A stretch of 64,000 nucleotides of DNA from Spartobacteria bacterium (GTDB taxonomy: Bacteria; Verrucomicrobiota; Verrucomicrobiia; Chthoniobacterales; UBA6821). A model generated the notes under the pieces. That model worked only from the letters and a program-made list of their open reading frames with translations, made no database searches and was not told where the DNA came from. Shown in pieces: positions 32,013 through 41,414 of this stretch. The stretch lies in NCBI GenBank assembly GCA_947482345.1, contig CANKJN010000005.1, positions 102 to 64,101 on the forward strand, in the 5' to 3' direction. The position numbers and the translations under genes were made by a program. Every line of letters begins with the position of its first letter. Position 1 is the first letter of the stretch.

Positions 32013-32159
32013 AGCAAGATCAAAACCTACCCGCGATGTTGAATCAATGGAATAGGCGCACTCCCTAGACTGAGCCTCTGACAGATGGACGATGGTATCC
32101 CAGATGGATATTGTTTCTTGGCATTCAGGAGAGTCAACTAAGTTTCAATCAGTTATGGC

Positions 32160-32252
32160 ATGCTTTTTAACACTTGGACATTCCTGGTTTTCCTAGCGGT
32201 GACTTATTCCCTAAAATATTCCGAGGCATTAGGCAGTAGCGCTAAGGGCTAG
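32160..32252 (+). pseudogene. Relic N-terminus of an AlgI-type MBOAT gene
   Basis: ATG 32160 translates to MLFNTWTFLVFLAVTYSL..., matching the MLFNSxxFLxF start of AlgI-like MBOATs. It stops after 30 codons. Confidence 0.55.
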
Positions 32253-33241
32253 CGGGAATCGACTCTGAATCTTTGTAAGGGATTGAGGAACGGGATGAGA
32301 TTCCGTGTTCTCTGTTCCATGGCTTCCGCTCTTAGGTGGGACGGGGTATCTGCGAAGGATTGCAGGTCGGTCTGTACTCCCATCGCGGGATCAGGGACCA
32401 CGGTCATGATGCTTCGTAATCTTTCTAAAAAGATGCGGTTCGCTGCCGAAGCGGCTTCAGCATCTTGTGGGGGAACATAGGATTGGGAAATCAGATAGGC
32501 GGTGCTGCAATCAATCTCGGCCAACCCGCTATTCATGGCGGAGATCCATGCCGGGGTGATGCTATCAGGAAGTATTTGCTTGATGGATGAAGTGGGCATG
32601 GGGCGTATTTCATCGGTGGTGATGGCGCCTCCCGCGCGGATGAACTTTTCCTTGTACCTGTAGAGCGGGTGTCCCAAGGCAACTTTGGCCAGCATGACAG
32701 CGCAGTGATCCAACCCTGGGCGGAGTGCATTCAGAACATTGACCGGGTCGATGCCCTGAAGTGCCAGTTGCTGGGGGCCTGAGTGAAAGATGACTCCGGT
32801 GGCGACCAATGCCTGGTAACCAAGGGGATCGAGTTCGGGTTCCTTGGTAAGTCGGTCTTTCTCAAATGCCCAGATCACGGTGTCTCCGCGTGCCACTGCT
32901 GAGAGGCCGAAAGCTGCCGTGGCACGGATCCCCATCCCTGCATGCATCCCCATATTCACCGAGGGAATGCCAGCGCGGGTAAGGATCCCGGCGTCTATTT
33001 GGAAGGCCGTACTTGAGCCTCCGATGAATACGAACTTGGGCTTTCCCTCAGTGGTCAGTATGCGTGCCCAATCTATTTTCCGCTTATAGGCTTCTTTCCA
33101 GAATCTGACTTCGGGGTTGATCAGGATAGAGTAGATGACTGCCAGTAGATAGCTCAGGATTAAGGCTGTGAGTAACGCAGCCATAGCGCTGCCATGCGCC
33201 CTCTGGTCGGGAGGGCTAGAAGGAGAAGTAAATGAAGTCAT
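32249..33241 (-). CDS. SGNH/DltD-like extracytoplasmic partner of the MBOAT
   Basis: One N-terminal transmembrane segment, FIGGSS, VNMGMHAG, C-terminal DTPSH (DxxH-like); directly downstream of the MBOAT. Confidence 0.65.
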   Translation of the reverse strand: MTSFTSPSSPPDQRAHGSAMAALLTALILSYLLAVIYSILINPEVRFWKEAYKRKIDWARILTTEGKPKFVFIGGSSTAFQIDAGILTRAGIPSVNMGMHAGMGIRATAAFGLSAVARGDTVIWAFEKDRLTKEPELDPLGYQALVATGVIFHSGPQQLALQGIDPVNVLNALRPGLDHCAVMLAKVALGHPLYRYKEKFIRAGGAITTDEIRPMPTSSIKQILPDSITPAWISAMNSGLAEIDCSTAYLISQSYVPPQDAEAASAANRIFLERLRSIMTVVPDPAMGVQTDLQSFADTPSHLRAEAMEQRTRNLIPFLNPLQRFRVDSR

Positions 33242-34616
33242 TGCCTTTGGAAGATCCGAACCAGACTGTGAGAGTCACCAGAAGGGCGATGACCAGTGGA
33301 TGACGTGCAAACTGGTAGTAGGTATCGCGCCGAGAGGAGATCCCCTCCACGATGAGAATCGCCGTGCAGAGTGTCAGTAGCAGCAGCAAGGGGAAGAGAT
33401 GCCAGGTGTCAAAGGATGCAGCATACTGTTGCAGGAGTGACGGAGCATAGGATGAGGGGTGGGAGAGGATGGAAAGTTTGAGGGAGAGGATATCCCCTCG
33501 TGTCTCGTAAAAGGGGAGCCATGCCGCAAAAACCAGAACCATGGTGATGGTCCATCCGATGGGAGATGGGAGTCTGATGTGATCTTTGGTGACATGGCTG
33601 ACCACGCAATAAATGCCATGCAATGCTCCCCAGAGCAGGAAGCACCAACCCGCGCCGTGCCAGATTCCTGATAAGAGGAATACCAAGAGGAGGCCTGCCC
33701 ACCAGTATCTTGTTCTGCTGCCGCCAAGCGGTATGTAAACATAGTCTCGAAACCAGTAGCTGAGGCTGACGTGCCATCGCCTCCAGAAGTCGCGGATATT
33801 GGCGGAAAGGTATGGGCTTCGGAAGTTCAGGGTGAGGGTCACTCCGAGAAGGCGGGCCAACCCTAGGGCAATGAGGCTGTAGCCGCAAAAGTCGAAGTAG
33901 ATCTTCAGGCCGAAGAGAAAGGTGGTGAACAGGATCGGCCATGCAGAGGCCATGTCATCCCGGTTGATGAATGGGGAGAGATTGTCGGCAAGGCAGAGTT
34001 TGTAGAAAAACCCCAATGCCAGCCAAGGGGCGGCGGCATTAAGATTATCCCAATTACAGGTGAAACGAAAACGCTCCATCTGCGGCATCAGTTCCTCCTT
34101 GCGCTCAATGGGGCCGGCCACGACCTGGGGAAAGAAGCTGGCGAAGTTCGCGAAATCGAGGAACCTGGGTCGGTAGGAGTCGAGTCGCGCCGCATCAACA
34201 AGGATGGCGATCTTCTGAAATGTATAAAATGAGATCCCCGCAGGGATGAGGATGGCGTCAAAGGTGTCCTTAGACCATCCCAAGATCTCCTCGGCGACAA
34301 AAGAGCGGTATTTGTAATAGATCAGTGGGATCAGAAGCACTGGTATGTAGAGGCTGAGGAAGAGCCATCGCTTCTCTTTGGGAATCACCGAGATGAGATG
34401 GATGCCGATGTAGGCAAGCGAGGCCAGCAGCAGAAAGATGCCGAAGGTGAGGGCGCCAACGCTCGCCAGAAGATAGAGACTGATGGAGGCTAACGCCACC
34501 CGGTCAAACCATCCAGGCAGCTCCTTCTTAAGGAGTGAAGCCGCCCCCTTGATGATCCATACAACGGCCAGACAGATCAGGAACCGAGGCCAGAATCCAA
34601 AGTCGGTAAAATTCAT
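33216..34616 (-). CDS. MBOAT-family O-acyltransferase (AlgI-like)
   Basis: PAGISFYTFQ, FFPQVVAGPIER, YFDFCGYS, NFRSPY, FWRRWHVSLS, SGIWHGAGW. Start placed at ATG 34616. Confidence 0.93.
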   Translation of the reverse strand: MNFTDFGFWPRFLICLAVVWIIKGAASLLKKELPGWFDRVALASISLYLLASVGALTFGIFLLLASLAYIGIHLISVIPKEKRWLFLSLYIPVLLIPLIYYKYRSFVAEEILGWSKDTFDAILIPAGISFYTFQKIAILVDAARLDSYRPRFLDFANFASFFPQVVAGPIERKEELMPQMERFRFTCNWDNLNAAAPWLALGFFYKLCLADNLSPFINRDDMASAWPILFTTFLFGLKIYFDFCGYSLIALGLARLLGVTLTLNFRSPYLSANIRDFWRRWHVSLSYWFRDYVYIPLGGSRTRYWWAGLLLVFLLSGIWHGAGWCFLLWGALHGIYCVVSHVTKDHIRLPSPIGWTITMVLVFAAWLPFYETRGDILSLKLSILSHPSSYAPSLLQQYAASFDTWHLFPLLLLLTLCTAILIVEGISSRRDTYYQFARHPLVIALLVTLTVWFGSSKGNDFIYFSF

Positions 34617-34820
34617 GGAGGTAAGGGATCCTTGAACGCTGAAGTCTCCCCCATTATTCCCCGTGTTCAAGCAAGAATGAAGGGAGGAGTGAGGGGGCAA
34701 ATGAAAAATGAAAAATGGAAAATGAAAAAGGGGTGAGGCAAGTAAAGGCAAAAGGCGTAGGATGCGGAGGGGAACAACCTGAAACTTGAAAAGCTGATGA
34801 CTGAAGGGGCGTAGGGCGTT

Positions 34821-34866
34821 GGTCAGGACATAGGTAACACATGTGGTTCAGGACATGGGTAACACA
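34821..34866 (+). mobile_element. Orphan IS481-type end
   Basis: GGTCAGGACATAGGTAACACA-TGT-GGTTCAGGACATGGGTAACACA, the same tandem unit as 679-724. No transposase follows. Confidence 0.65.
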
Positions 34867-34937
34867 TGCCGTGAGTGATTGGTGATGTTGTGGACGGCGT
34901 TTATTGACTTGAACCATAAATATGGGAATATGGAGGA

Positions 34938-35189
34938 ATGAAGACCACTCTGGAGTTGCCGGATAATCTGTTACGGAAGGTGAAATCAACCGTTGCATCC
35001 TCAGGGAAGACGATGAAAGCCTTTATGATCGATGCCATTCAGGATAAGCTGGCGGCTCAGGAAGCGGCCGCATCCAAGCCCTGGCTGATGCACTTTGGGG
35101 CACTGCGTCATCTTGGTGGAGAGCGGCAGGCGATTGAGGCCAGGATCCGAGAGGAATTTGACGTCGTGGATTCCAACCAGTGGAAGTAA
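34938..35189 (+). CDS. VapB-like ribbon-helix-helix antitoxin
   Basis: MKTTLELPDNLLRKVK; overlaps the PIN toxin start. Confidence 0.8.
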   Translation: MKTTLELPDNLLRKVKSTVASSGKTMKAFMIDAIQDKLAAQEAAASKPWLMHFGALRHLGGERQAIEARIREEFDVVDSNQWK

Positions 35190-35566
35190 TACTCGATACG
35201 AACGCTCTCTCGGCGTTGCTCGACGGAGATGAGGATCTTCGTGTCATTCTAAGCAAGGTCTCGCAGGTTCTGCTTTCCCCGATTGTTCTTGGTGAATACC
35301 GCTTCGGGATCCTTGCATCAAGGCACCGACAGGAGTACGAGAAGGAACTGAGGCTTCTGGAGAAATGTCTTCATGTCCTGATTTTGGATGCCAGAACCGC
35401 GGTCGAATATGCGGCGGTGAGGAATGAGTTGAAGTCAGCCGGGACCCCAATTCCATGGCACGATATCTGGATTGCCGCGCAGGCTAGGCAGCACGATGTC
35501 AGGATTTTATCCAAGGGTAGCCATTTTGATGTCGTTGATGGTGTGAAAAGAGTGAGTTGGGGATGA
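35180..35566 (+). CDS. vapC: VapC PIN-domain toxin
   Basis: ILDTNALS, IVLGEYRFG, GTPIPWHDIWIAA, HFDVV. Confidence 0.9.
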   Translation: MEVILDTNALSALLDGDEDLRVILSKVSQVLLSPIVLGEYRFGILASRHRQEYEKELRLLEKCLHVLILDARTAVEYAAVRNELKSAGTPIPWHDIWIAAQARQHDVRILSKGSHFDVVDGVKRVSWG

Positions 35567-35804
35567 GGATTAAGGATTAAGAATGGAGGATGGAGGATGG
35601 AGGACAAAGTCGACAGACGAGAACCAATCCGCTGGGAATCGGCGCGGTGGATCCCGCTTTAGCGGGACCCGTAAGGGTGTCACCGCTTTGCGGGAGCAAA
35701 GTGACATCAATCGACAGTCGAGTGCCGAGGGAGAGCGGAAGGAGGTCAGAGGTCAGGGGTCAGAAGCCTCATTCAGCAGTCAGAACCAAGCCTGTGATCA
35801 CAGG

Positions 35805-35857
35805 CGCGGTAGACTACGACGCAGTCGTAGCCCCAACGGGGCGCCGCGGCTTCCGGG
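35805..35857. repeat. REP-like repeat family B; copies at 44290-44342 (inverted) and 48758-48810 (diverged)
   Basis: GCGGTAGACTACGACGCAGTCGTAGCCCCAACGGGGCGCC, containing two hairpins. Confidence 0.8.
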
Positions 35858-35953
35858 GGGAAGTGGCGTCAAATCAACAATCAGCAGTCAGCAGTCAGCA
35901 GTCAGCAGTCGCTGATATTGTCAATTGAGCGGCGATGTCATAAATTTGAGGTG

Positions 35954-36184
35954 ATGGAAAGTGTTGTCCAAGTTGAAAAAGCTCCCGAGCGCGTGCCGGT
36001 TTCCCCCGAGGTGGCAGAGCGTGCGGCGGATCTTGTGCGCCGTTTTTCTGAGTGTTTTTGGTTCCGTCACCCGAAGGCGGCGATTCGCTTCACCGACGAT
36101 GTGAGGTTGGTGATAGAGCACCTGCGTGACTACGGTGACAAGAGGGCGTGGGCCGCCGCAGCAGAGTTGCAGCGCTGTCTGTAA
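35954..36184 (+). CDS. Small hypothetical protein, putative partner of the downstream nucleotidyltransferase
   Basis: 76-aa ORF (ECFWF...EHLRDYG...ELQRCL) 11 bp upstream of the NTase-like gene. Confidence 0.6.
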   Translation: MESVVQVEKAPERVPVSPEVAERAADLVRRFSECFWFRHPKAAIRFTDDVRLVIEHLRDYGDKRAWAAAAELQRCL

Positions 36185-36195
36185 CTTCCAAAGGA

Positions 36196-37035
36196 ATGCC
36201 GCTAACGCCTTTTCAAAAAGAGGTTCTGAAGGTTCTGGTCTCCAATCGTTCGGAGCAGAGTCATGTGGCCGGAGGATTGGTGCTGAATGCGCCGGAGAAT
36301 TCGTCACGTTATTCGCGTGATTTTGATTTCTTTCACGAGGCGGTGGAGGATTTGGTCATCGCAAGCGAGCAGGATGTCCTCTCGCTTGAGAAAGCGGGTT
36401 TTCTTGTGCAAAAGGTCGAGCGTGACGGCGAGTGGTCGAAGCTGGTTTCCTTTAGGAAGGCCTATGTCATCGAGAATGGTGAGAGGGTTGAGTTGGACTG
36501 GGCTCATGATTCAGCGTTCCGGTTTTTCCCGATCGTTCCCGACGAGTTATTGGGTTGGAGGCTGCATCTCTTTGATATGGCGACGAACAAGGCGCTTGCG
36601 TTGTCCGCCCGTATGGAGACGCGTGATTATGTGGATATGGTTGAGCTTTCACGGCGTTTTCCCCTTGAGGCCATCATCTGGGCGGCTTGCGGCAAGGATC
36701 CGGGATTCAATCCCCTGTCTCTGTTCAGGATGATGATGAGGTTTGCCCGGATCGACCCAGCAAAACTTGAGGAGATTCAGGCACGCAGACTGGATCCAGT
36801 CGCCCTGAAGGAGGAGTGGATCATGGTTTCCGACAAGGCCCGGGAGGAAATAACGCTTTTAGCGGATGAGCGTCCGGAGATTCCGATCGGGGTGGCCTTC
36901 GTGGATGAGCAAGGGAATCCCGGATGGATCCGCTCGAACCCTTCCCTAAAGATTCACCATCCTTCTCTTAGAGGATGCTGGCCATCGTGGTCAGGAGTGA
37001 ACTCCTTCAGGAGGCCACCAACCGGTGATGGTTGA
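36196..37035 (+). CDS. AbiEii/AbiGii-like nucleotidyltransferase-fold protein
   Basis: HVAGGLVL...RYSRDFDFF (GG...S.D.D), NKALAL...RDYVD. Confidence 0.72.
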   Translation: MPLTPFQKEVLKVLVSNRSEQSHVAGGLVLNAPENSSRYSRDFDFFHEAVEDLVIASEQDVLSLEKAGFLVQKVERDGEWSKLVSFRKAYVIENGERVELDWAHDSAFRFFPIVPDELLGWRLHLFDMATNKALALSARMETRDYVDMVELSRRFPLEAIIWAACGKDPGFNPLSLFRMMMRFARIDPAKLEEIQARRLDPVALKEEWIMVSDKAREEITLLADERPEIPIGVAFVDEQGNPGWIRSNPSLKIHHPSLRGCWPSWSGVNSFRRPPTGDG

Positions 37036-37221
37036 TTCAGAGGGGCCAGGGGCGTCTCATGGATTCGAATTTTGTAAAAAGACGATATAAATAAAGCGAT
37101 GTTCTCGCGCCTCCTCGGCTTTTACGGTAGAAAAGTCTTTGGCAAAGCCGTTTGTCCGTATTCTGTTTGAAGCTGGAATAATCGGAAGTCTTCCTCGATC
37201 TGTCTTCTGGTCCCGAAACCC

Positions 37222-40143
37222 ATGACCATCTCCATCATCACTCCAAGTTACGGCCAGCTCGACTGGCTGAAGCTGTGTGTTGCTTCAGTGGCTGATCAGA
37301 ATCAGCCACTGAAGCAAGGGAGCTGGGAGCTGGAAGCTGGAAGTTTGGGGGGAGATGCACCTGCGGGGCAGGGGGTGCGAGTGGCTGAGTCAAAGGTGGG
37401 TAAAATTGCTAATTCATCATTGGAAATTGTTGATTTAGAAGAGGGATCCGCAGGGAACCCTCAGCAATCAGTAATTAGAAATCAGGAATCACCAATCGCC
37501 TCCCCGCTTCGCGTGGAGCACATCATCCAGGATGGGGGGACTCCGGGGATCGAGGAATTCGCCAGGGAGTTGGGTGAGGATCTCAAGTCGCGGTATGGTG
37601 GAGATTTTGTTTCAGACCTTCAAACCTTCGAACTTTTGCACCTTCGCACTGCGTCCGGTTACACGCTCCGCGTGTTCAAGGAACCGGACGCCGGCATGTA
37701 CGATGCGATCAACAAGGGGATCGCCAAAATGAGTGGCGATCTCTGGGCATGGATCAACAGCGACGAGCAGTATCTTCCCGGGACGCTGGCCTATGTGGTG
37801 CGGTGGTTTGAAGGACGCCGCGATGCCGACATTCTCTGCGGCGATGCCCTGCTCACGGATGACTCCGGCAAAGCACTCTCCTACCGCAGGATTGTGACTC
37901 CGTGGTGGAATCATACACGGTTGGTGCATCTTTCCTCACTGAGTTGCGCGAGTTTTTACCGGCGTTCCATCGTGGAGAGGGGAGGTGTTTTTGACACGGT
38001 TTGGCGCTCCATCGGGGATGCCGAGTGGATGGCCCGGATGATGAAAGACGGTGTCCGGATCGAGGCTTGCGGGAAGCTCTTCTCGACTTTCGCCTTCACG
38101 GGTCAGAACACGAGCGAGTCTCCGCTTGCCAGGAAAGAATCCGACGAATGGAAGAAGGCGGCTGACGCCCCCTCCGCATGGATGATGCTGCCGGTGATCG
38201 GAGTGCATCGTTGCCGGAAATTTCTCGCAGGCGCCTATCGTCGCCGCGATGTGAGTTATGCGATCCACCGTCAGGGCGAAGGGCGGAAGGAATTTCGTGC
38301 CGAGGGGATCGGTTGGGACTGGCCCTCCGCCCTATCCTCGATCCAGTCGGCTGTTTCCAAGATGGTTCCCAACCCTCATGTGCCTTATGTCGACTCTACG
38401 AGAGTCTTAGGCACATCCCTCATGGAGACAACCTATGAGGGTCTCTCCACGGTTCTCCTGGATGCGGGATCAAGTGGTGGGGGAGTGCTCGCCGTTGATT
38501 TTGCGAACACCCATGTCGTGACCATGCGGCGTCATGATCCCAAGTTCATGAATCTCACGGCGTGCATCGACCTGATCGCTCCGGATGGGATGCCCTTGGT
38601 GTGGGCAATGAATGCCAAGGGTGCGAATCTTGAGGATCGGGTTTACGGGCCGACCTTCACGCGGCGTTTCCTTGCATCATGTCCCGCGGATAAAACCCAC
38701 TACCTGGTGGGAGGCTCGGAGGAGTGCGGTCGCAAATTCCGGGAGCAGATGCTGGCGTTGAACCCTTCGCTGAATTTCGTGGGCGGGTATCATGGTCGCT
38801 GTTCCGGTGATGGTGAATTGGACGATCAGAAGAAGGTGAAGGCCGAGATTCTCGAAAAACGCCCCGATTTCATCTGGGTGGGCTTGGGGACACCCAAGCA
38901 GTATGCATGGATCCATCGGATCAAGCTGCAGCTCGATCACGGGGTGCTGTTGGCGGTCGGCTTTGCCTTTGATGTGAATGCGGGGATGAAACCCGATGCT
39001 CCCGCATGGATGCAGCGGCTTGGTCTCACCTGGATCCACAGGATGGCCTCCGAGCCGGGGCGGCTGGCAGGACGGTATCTGAAATGGAATACGCTCTTTA
39101 TCAGCTATTGGATTGCCGAATTCGTCGGCGGAGGGGTTCGCTCGGTGAAACTTCATCTCCGCAACGCATTCCTGCGCTTCGTGGATCTCCTTTCGCGGGA
39201 GATCTTCGATCTGGAGGATGGTCGCCCTCTGGGCCGTGCCCTCCTATTCGGACAGGGTGGTGGAGTCCGCGTCATCGGGCATGAGGGGCTGCCACCGCTC
39301 ATTCCCAGATTCATCCCTCAGGAGCGCCTGACCTACTGGAAGCAGTCGATCGGTTTCACGACCCCTCCTAGGCCGGACTTTCCAAGGCTCGAGGGGGTGT
39401 CCGCCGCCCCTGTACCCTCATCACCCCGCGTGCTGAATGTGGTGCTCACCCACTTGGACGGAGACCGGTTGGTCCGCACCAGGGAGCGCTGGAGGGATGT
39501 CTGCAGGGAAGAGGATCTCTGGATCGCCTTTGGTGGGAAACAACGGAACTTCCGCAATCTCGGGATGGAAAGATCCGTCTTCATCGGGGATGCGGGTCTG
39601 AGAAGGGAGGACAACCAGAGGGAGAAGCAATCTTACACCGGCATCTTTCACGCCATGGCACCCGTGGTCGAGAGGGAGAGGCCCGATTACATTTATCTCT
39701 GTGAGTATGATCATGTGTCCCTGCGCTCTGATCTGAATGCCCTTCAGGTGGCCGAGATCACCGCCGAGGGAGCCGATGTGATGGGGCACTGGCTCTACCG
39801 TGTGGACGGGACCAGCCACTACCACATGCTCTATCATCAATCCGATCCGGGCTTCCTGCGTTACTGGCAGTCCGTTTCACGCCGGGAGGAGAAGGGTGTC
39901 GTGCTCTCGATGTTCGGAAGCGGATCGCTCTGGTCGAGGGAGGCCTTTCTGGCCATCGCCTCAAGGACACAGCAGATCCCCTGTTATCTGGAGCTGTACC
40001 TCCCCACGCTGGCCCATCACCTCGGCTACCGGGTGAGATGCTGGGATGAGTCGCGCCACATGATCTCCAATCTACCCTCGAGGAAATGGACGATTGACGA
40101 GGCCATGAACAGGGATTGCCTGACCATTCATCCCGTGAAATGA
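37222..40143 (+). CDS. Multi-domain glycosyltransferase: GT2 + WecB/TagA/CpsF (GT26) + small unknown domain + putative GT-A-like domain
   Basis: SIITPSY, GMYDAINKG, WINSDE (GT2); PDGMPLVW, VGLGTPKQ, GFAFD (TagA); C-terminal LCEYDH...HPVK. One uninterrupted 973-aa ORF. Confidence 0.85.
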   Translation: MTISIITPSYGQLDWLKLCVASVADQNQPLKQGSWELEAGSLGGDAPAGQGVRVAESKVGKIANSSLEIVDLEEGSAGNPQQSVIRNQESPIASPLRVEHIIQDGGTPGIEEFARELGEDLKSRYGGDFVSDLQTFELLHLRTASGYTLRVFKEPDAGMYDAINKGIAKMSGDLWAWINSDEQYLPGTLAYVVRWFEGRRDADILCGDALLTDDSGKALSYRRIVTPWWNHTRLVHLSSLSCASFYRRSIVERGGVFDTVWRSIGDAEWMARMMKDGVRIEACGKLFSTFAFTGQNTSESPLARKESDEWKKAADAPSAWMMLPVIGVHRCRKFLAGAYRRRDVSYAIHRQGEGRKEFRAEGIGWDWPSALSSIQSAVSKMVPNPHVPYVDSTRVLGTSLMETTYEGLSTVLLDAGSSGGGVLAVDFANTHVVTMRRHDPKFMNLTACIDLIAPDGMPLVWAMNAKGANLEDRVYGPTFTRRFLASCPADKTHYLVGGSEECGRKFREQMLALNPSLNFVGGYHGRCSGDGELDDQKKVKAEILEKRPDFIWVGLGTPKQYAWIHRIKLQLDHGVLLAVGFAFDVNAGMKPDAPAWMQRLGLTWIHRMASEPGRLAGRYLKWNTLFISYWIAEFVGGGVRSVKLHLRNAFLRFVDLLSREIFDLEDGRPLGRALLFGQGGGVRVIGHEGLPPLIPRFIPQERLTYWKQSIGFTTPPRPDFPRLEGVSAAPVPSSPRVLNVVLTHLDGDRLVRTRERWRDVCREEDLWIAFGGKQRNFRNLGMERSVFIGDAGLRREDNQREKQSYTGIFHAMAPVVERERPDYIYLCEYDHVSLRSDLNALQVAEITAEGADVMGHWLYRVDGTSHYHMLYHQSDPGFLRYWQSVSRREEKGVVLSMFGSGSLWSREAFLAIASRTQQIPCYLELYLPTLAHHLGYRVRCWDESRHMISNLPSRKWTIDEAMNRDCLTIHPVK

Positions 40144-40219
40144 AAACTAGGGAACCTAGAGGGGCGAGAATCGGATTGATGATCTCCCTGCGGCGGGTGA
40201 GATTGGGCAATCGTACGAC

Positions 40220-40921
40220 ATGATGAAAAACAGCGCCATTTCAGCCAGTAATCCCTTTTTCCGCGTTGCGGTCGTAGTCCTGCTGTCCGTCGTGACGGTT
40301 GTCTCCTTCCGGTTTGCCGCCATGCCAACCTCTGCCGGTGGGGCAGGTGTCATCATGAGTCTTCCCTCATCGGTCGGTGCCTTCTCGGGACGTGATCAGG
40401 AGACATCCGAGGGGGAGCGAACGGTGCTCCCCAAGGACACGGAGATCATCAAGAAAGTCTACACCAACCCCGTTGGCGAAATCATCAATGCCCAGATCGT
40501 GCTGTCCGGTGCCGAGAAGCGCAGCATTCACCGTCCCGAGCTCTGCCTGCCGGCCCAAGGGTGGTCGATCACTGGCCGGCAGTATCTTTCTGTCAAGCTG
40601 GCCGACGGGCGAACCATCACCGTGATGTGTGATGCGATCACCAGGCAGGTCGAGGTCGCGCCCGGGGTCAGCAGGCCCCTGACCAGCCTTTTCTGTTATT
40701 GGTTTGTCGGCGACGGGGCCACTACGGCCTCCCATGTGAAGAGAATTCTGCTCACAAGTTGGGATCGCGTCGTCCATCACAAGAATCACCGCTGGGCCTA
40801 CATCGCGGTGAGTGCCCCGGTGCTCGAAGGGTTCCTTCCCGGAGGGAAAAGTGTGAGAGGCACTGAGGTCATGATTTCGGATTTTATCGCTCAGATTGCA
40901 CCGGGGATCATGAAGCGCTGA
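40220..40921 (+). CDS. epsI: EpsI-family exosortase-associated protein
   Basis: N-terminal transmembrane segment, SIHRPELCLPAQGW, YWFVG. Confidence 0.8.
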   Translation: MMKNSAISASNPFFRVAVVVLLSVVTVVSFRFAAMPTSAGGAGVIMSLPSSVGAFSGRDQETSEGERTVLPKDTEIIKKVYTNPVGEIINAQIVLSGAEKRSIHRPELCLPAQGWSITGRQYLSVKLADGRTITVMCDAITRQVEVAPGVSRPLTSLFCYWFVGDGATTASHVKRILLTSWDRVVHHKNHRWAYIAVSAPVLEGFLPGGKSVRGTEVMISDFIAQIAPGIMKR

Positions 40922-40990
40922 GCGGTTCATGAAGAATTGTTGATTGTTAATTGTTAATTGCTTCCGCCCCCAACTGAAACCAACGGATTC

Positions 40991-41395
40991 ATGCCTAGCT
41001 ATCGATGGCCTGAGGAACTGCCCTGCTATCAGGAAGCGCGCAGATTTCGTATTGCGGTCGCTGACTTATGCATGCTGTTACCAAAAACAGAGGAATACCG
41101 TCTTAAAGATCAGATGCTTCGTGCAGCCCGCTCCGTGACGGCAAATATTGCCGAGGGTTTTGGGAGGCATCATCATCAGGAAAATATCCAATTTTGTCGG
41201 CAGGCGAGGGGATCGCTGATTGAAATGAGGGATCATCTCAATACTGCCGCAGATGAGGGTTTTGTGGAGAACGTGCAAGTTGGTGATGTTCTCAAGATGC
41301 TTGAATCATCCCTTGCATCCCTGAATGGATATCTTGTCTATCTCAAGAATTGCGCTTCTGATTCCAAACTCAAACAATCACCAATTAACAATTAA
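40991..41395 (+). CDS. Four-helix-bundle protein (23S rRNA IVP-like family)
   Basis: EEYRLKDQMLRAARSVTANIAEGFGR...ARGSLIE; flanked by AATTGTT/AACAATT heptamers. Confidence 0.9.
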   Translation: MPSYRWPEELPCYQEARRFRIAVADLCMLLPKTEEYRLKDQMLRAARSVTANIAEGFGRHHHQENIQFCRQARGSLIEMRDHLNTAADEGFVENVQVGDVLKMLESSLASLNGYLVYLKNCASDSKLKQSPINN

Positions 41396-41414
41396 CAATC
41401 TCCTCCTTTTGCCG

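Noticed and set aside
40991-41395. Four-helix-bundle protein as the Avd of a diversity-generating retroelement
   Set aside because: No reverse transcriptase or template/variable repeat pair in the window.
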